Shown here piece by piece: positions 62,198 to 64,000 of a stretch of 64,000 nucleotides of DNA. Under the pieces are notes generated by a model. It was not told the DNA's origin. It searched no databases and was given only the letters and a program-made list of their open reading frames with translations. Every line of letters begins with the position of its first letter. Position 1 is the stretch's first letter. The stretch covers positions 1,792,001 through 1,856,000 of the forward strand of contig OZ242296.1 of the NCBI GenBank assembly GCA_965207735.1, written 5' to 3'. The translations under genes were made by a program, and so were the position numbers. The DNA is from Candidatus Versatilivorator sp. GTDB taxonomy: Bacteria; Acidobacteriota; Terriglobia; Versatilivoradales; Versatilivoraceae.

Positions 62198-63141
62198 AGT
62201 TTCCGCACCTGCAGGGCCGCGAAAAACTGCTGGAGCCTCTTGGCTTCACCGGCCTCCAAGCTGAGTGGATCACTCTGGTATGTCTCCACTCCGGACTGTT
62301 CACCCGGGACCAGGCGGAGGTGTTCTTGGGAACCAGCCAGCCCACAGCGTGGCGCTTCACTCAGCAACTGCTCGATGCGCGACTGTCTGGCCGGCCAGTA
62401 GCGGTCGCCTCTATGACTGACGGCCGCCCTATTTGCCGGATCTTCGGCAAGTCCATCTACCGGGAACTGGGAATTGCCAACGTCCGTCACCGCCGGGACT
62501 CGTCGGTTGAGGTTACCCGGCGGAGGCTTCTGTCGCTCGACTTCGTGCTCGACCATCCGGACCTGCCCTGGTTGCCCACCGAGCAGGAAAAGGTTGCCTG
62601 CTTCGAGCAGCTCGGTATTGACCCCGAACTGCTGCCGAAACGAATCTACGCCGGCCGTGCCAACGGCCGTGTCCGCTACTTCCACATCAAGATGCCCGTG
62701 GCCGTCGAGCGGGACCGGGCCGTTTTCACCTACATCGACCCCGGCATGGGAACCCGGAGTGAACTGGACTCCTGGGGAGCCGCCCACCGGCAGCTTTGGG
62801 AGAAGCTCCGAAAGTCCGGCCGCCGTGTCGAGGTCGTTGCGGTTGCATGGGAGCAGCGCCTTTTGGACCGCGCCGAGCGAGTGCTGCAATCCTGGACGGT
62901 CCGGGACATGAGTGAGGCCGAGATAGAACTTCTCACCCTTCGCCAGGCAGTCGCACAGGCCGATGTGGACACCGTTGAACGCTATGGCGGCCTTAATGCC
63001 GCCCTCAAGAAGATCAATCAGCTCGCGCAGGAAAGCCCGGTGTCAAATGGCCGCGGAATGATCGACGATTTCCTCCTCTGGGGGTCACGGCGGTGCCGCC
63101 GTATGGGTGAATACTTTACGGAGACCAGGTTATTCACGTAG
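62194..63141 (+). CDS. T4SS-linked hypothetical protein (wHTH-like N-terminus)
   Basis: ATGA overlap with virB8; HSGLFTRDQ, LLSLDFVL, YIDPG. Confidence 0.75.
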   Translation: MKFPHLQGREKLLEPLGFTGLQAEWITLVCLHSGLFTRDQAEVFLGTSQPTAWRFTQQLLDARLSGRPVAVASMTDGRPICRIFGKSIYRELGIANVRHRRDSSVEVTRRRLLSLDFVLDHPDLPWLPTEQEKVACFEQLGIDPELLPKRIYAGRANGRVRYFHIKMPVAVERDRAVFTYIDPGMGTRSELDSWGAAHRQLWEKLRKSGRRVEVVAVAWEQRLLDRAERVLQSWTVRDMSEAEIELLTLRQAVAQADVDTVERYGGLNAALKKINQLAQESPVSNGRGMIDDFLLWGSRRCRRMGEYFTETRLFT

Positions 63142-63483
63142 ATGGTGCACACTCTTGACAACCACATTGCTTCTCTCTCAGAGGGCGGAGCACTCGCCGT
63201 TGTGGTCAGAGACTTTCACGAATCGCCGCATCAGACGCGGAACGACAAGCATTTCGCGTGTCTGATGCGACAAAGCGAAGCGAGGCTATGCCGCGCGTGT
63301 GCCCCCCTCGCTTGGCGCGGCGGCGCGCCGCACGAGAGGGGTGCTGGTGGTGGGAGCGACCCCCATATTTTGGCCGCTGATGCGCCACGGGGCAGGGGTA
63401 GGTTATTCATGCCTTTATTCATCCTTTTCCCCTGCCTCTGGAGGTCGCTCCCACCACAGTGATCCCTTGCGGGAAGGCTGCTA

Positions 63484-64000
63484 ATGAAGACCTGGAGACA
63501 ACTCATTCTCGTCAACCTGGCCTTGGCGGCCGTGGGCCTTCGGGTGTGGCTCGATCCCTTGCCGGCCCCGGGCGAGGTCGCCCTGCTTGACCTGATTCAC
63601 GCCACCGATCCGCTCATGTACGCCATCATCGCGGCCGTCCATATCGTCACGCCAGGCCTCGCCGTTATTCTTGCCGGCCTGCTTTCCCTTTCAATCTGGC
63701 GGATATGGCTGGCCCGCTGGCTCCAGGTCGAGGCGGCTCCCCCTACCGGGAGCCTTCCGCCCTGGCCGACCACGCCACAGGATGATTCCCTTTCTCTTGT
63801 CTTCGGCGAGGTCCACCATCCCATCGAGCCGCGCGAGGCTCCCCGGCCGGAGTGGCTCGTCATTCCCGAGCGGGGCCTTTACACCGGCATTTCCATCTTC
63901 GGGGCTGTCGGCAGCGGCAAGACCAGCGCCTGCATGCATCCCTTCGCCGAGCAACTCCTGTCCTGGGCCGCCGACGATCCGCGCCGGCGGGCAGCGGCCC
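63484..64000 (+). CDS. Type IV coupling protein (VirD4/TraD-like), 5' part
   Basis: Read from the sequence (absent from the ORF track): MKTWRQLILV..., two TMs, IFGAVGSGKTS Walker A; open to the window end. Confidence 0.85.
   Translation, partial: MKTWRQLILVNLALAAVGLRVWLDPLPAPGEVALLDLIHATDPLMYAIIAAVHIVTPGLAVILAGLLSLSIWRIWLARWLQVEAAPPTGSLPPWPTTPQDDSLSLVFGEVHHPIEPREAPRPEWLVIPERGLYTGISIFGAVGSGKTSACMHPFAEQLLSWAADDPRRRAAA

Larger units (their letters stand above)
47478..64000 (+). mobile_element. Integrative conjugative element (left part; runs past the window end)
   Basis: Integrase, AlpA, primase-helicase, VirB operon and coupling protein; left boundary set by the interrupted gene. Confidence 0.85.

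Overview
A GC-rich bacterial chromosome segment, most likely from Acidobacteriota. This assignment is an inference from gene content: an Oar-like TonB receptor, CRTAC1, DUF1501 with DUF1549/1553, and an acidobacterial-type pilin. Positions 1-47.5 kb hold an IS transposase, catabolic and periplasmic enzymes, vapBC and mazEF modules, amt, a GriC/GriD(EhpF)-like carboxylate-reductase pair and the RNase P RNA. The intergenic spaces carry several nested repeat families. The main one is a roughly 54-nt GTTTCA...TGAAAC hairpin site (11 copies) that alternates with either a conserved ~130-nt module or emptied GxxExxY-gene shells. From about 47,478 to the window end lies an integrative element that cuts a SplB/Rv2578c-like radical SAM gene exactly at its CxxxCxxC motif. 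The element combines a satellite-like module (P4-type integrase, AlpA, primase-helicase with an internal iteron origin) with a VirB/Trb type IV secretion operon and a partial coupling-protein gene. All calls come from reading the sequence by eye; no searches were run.
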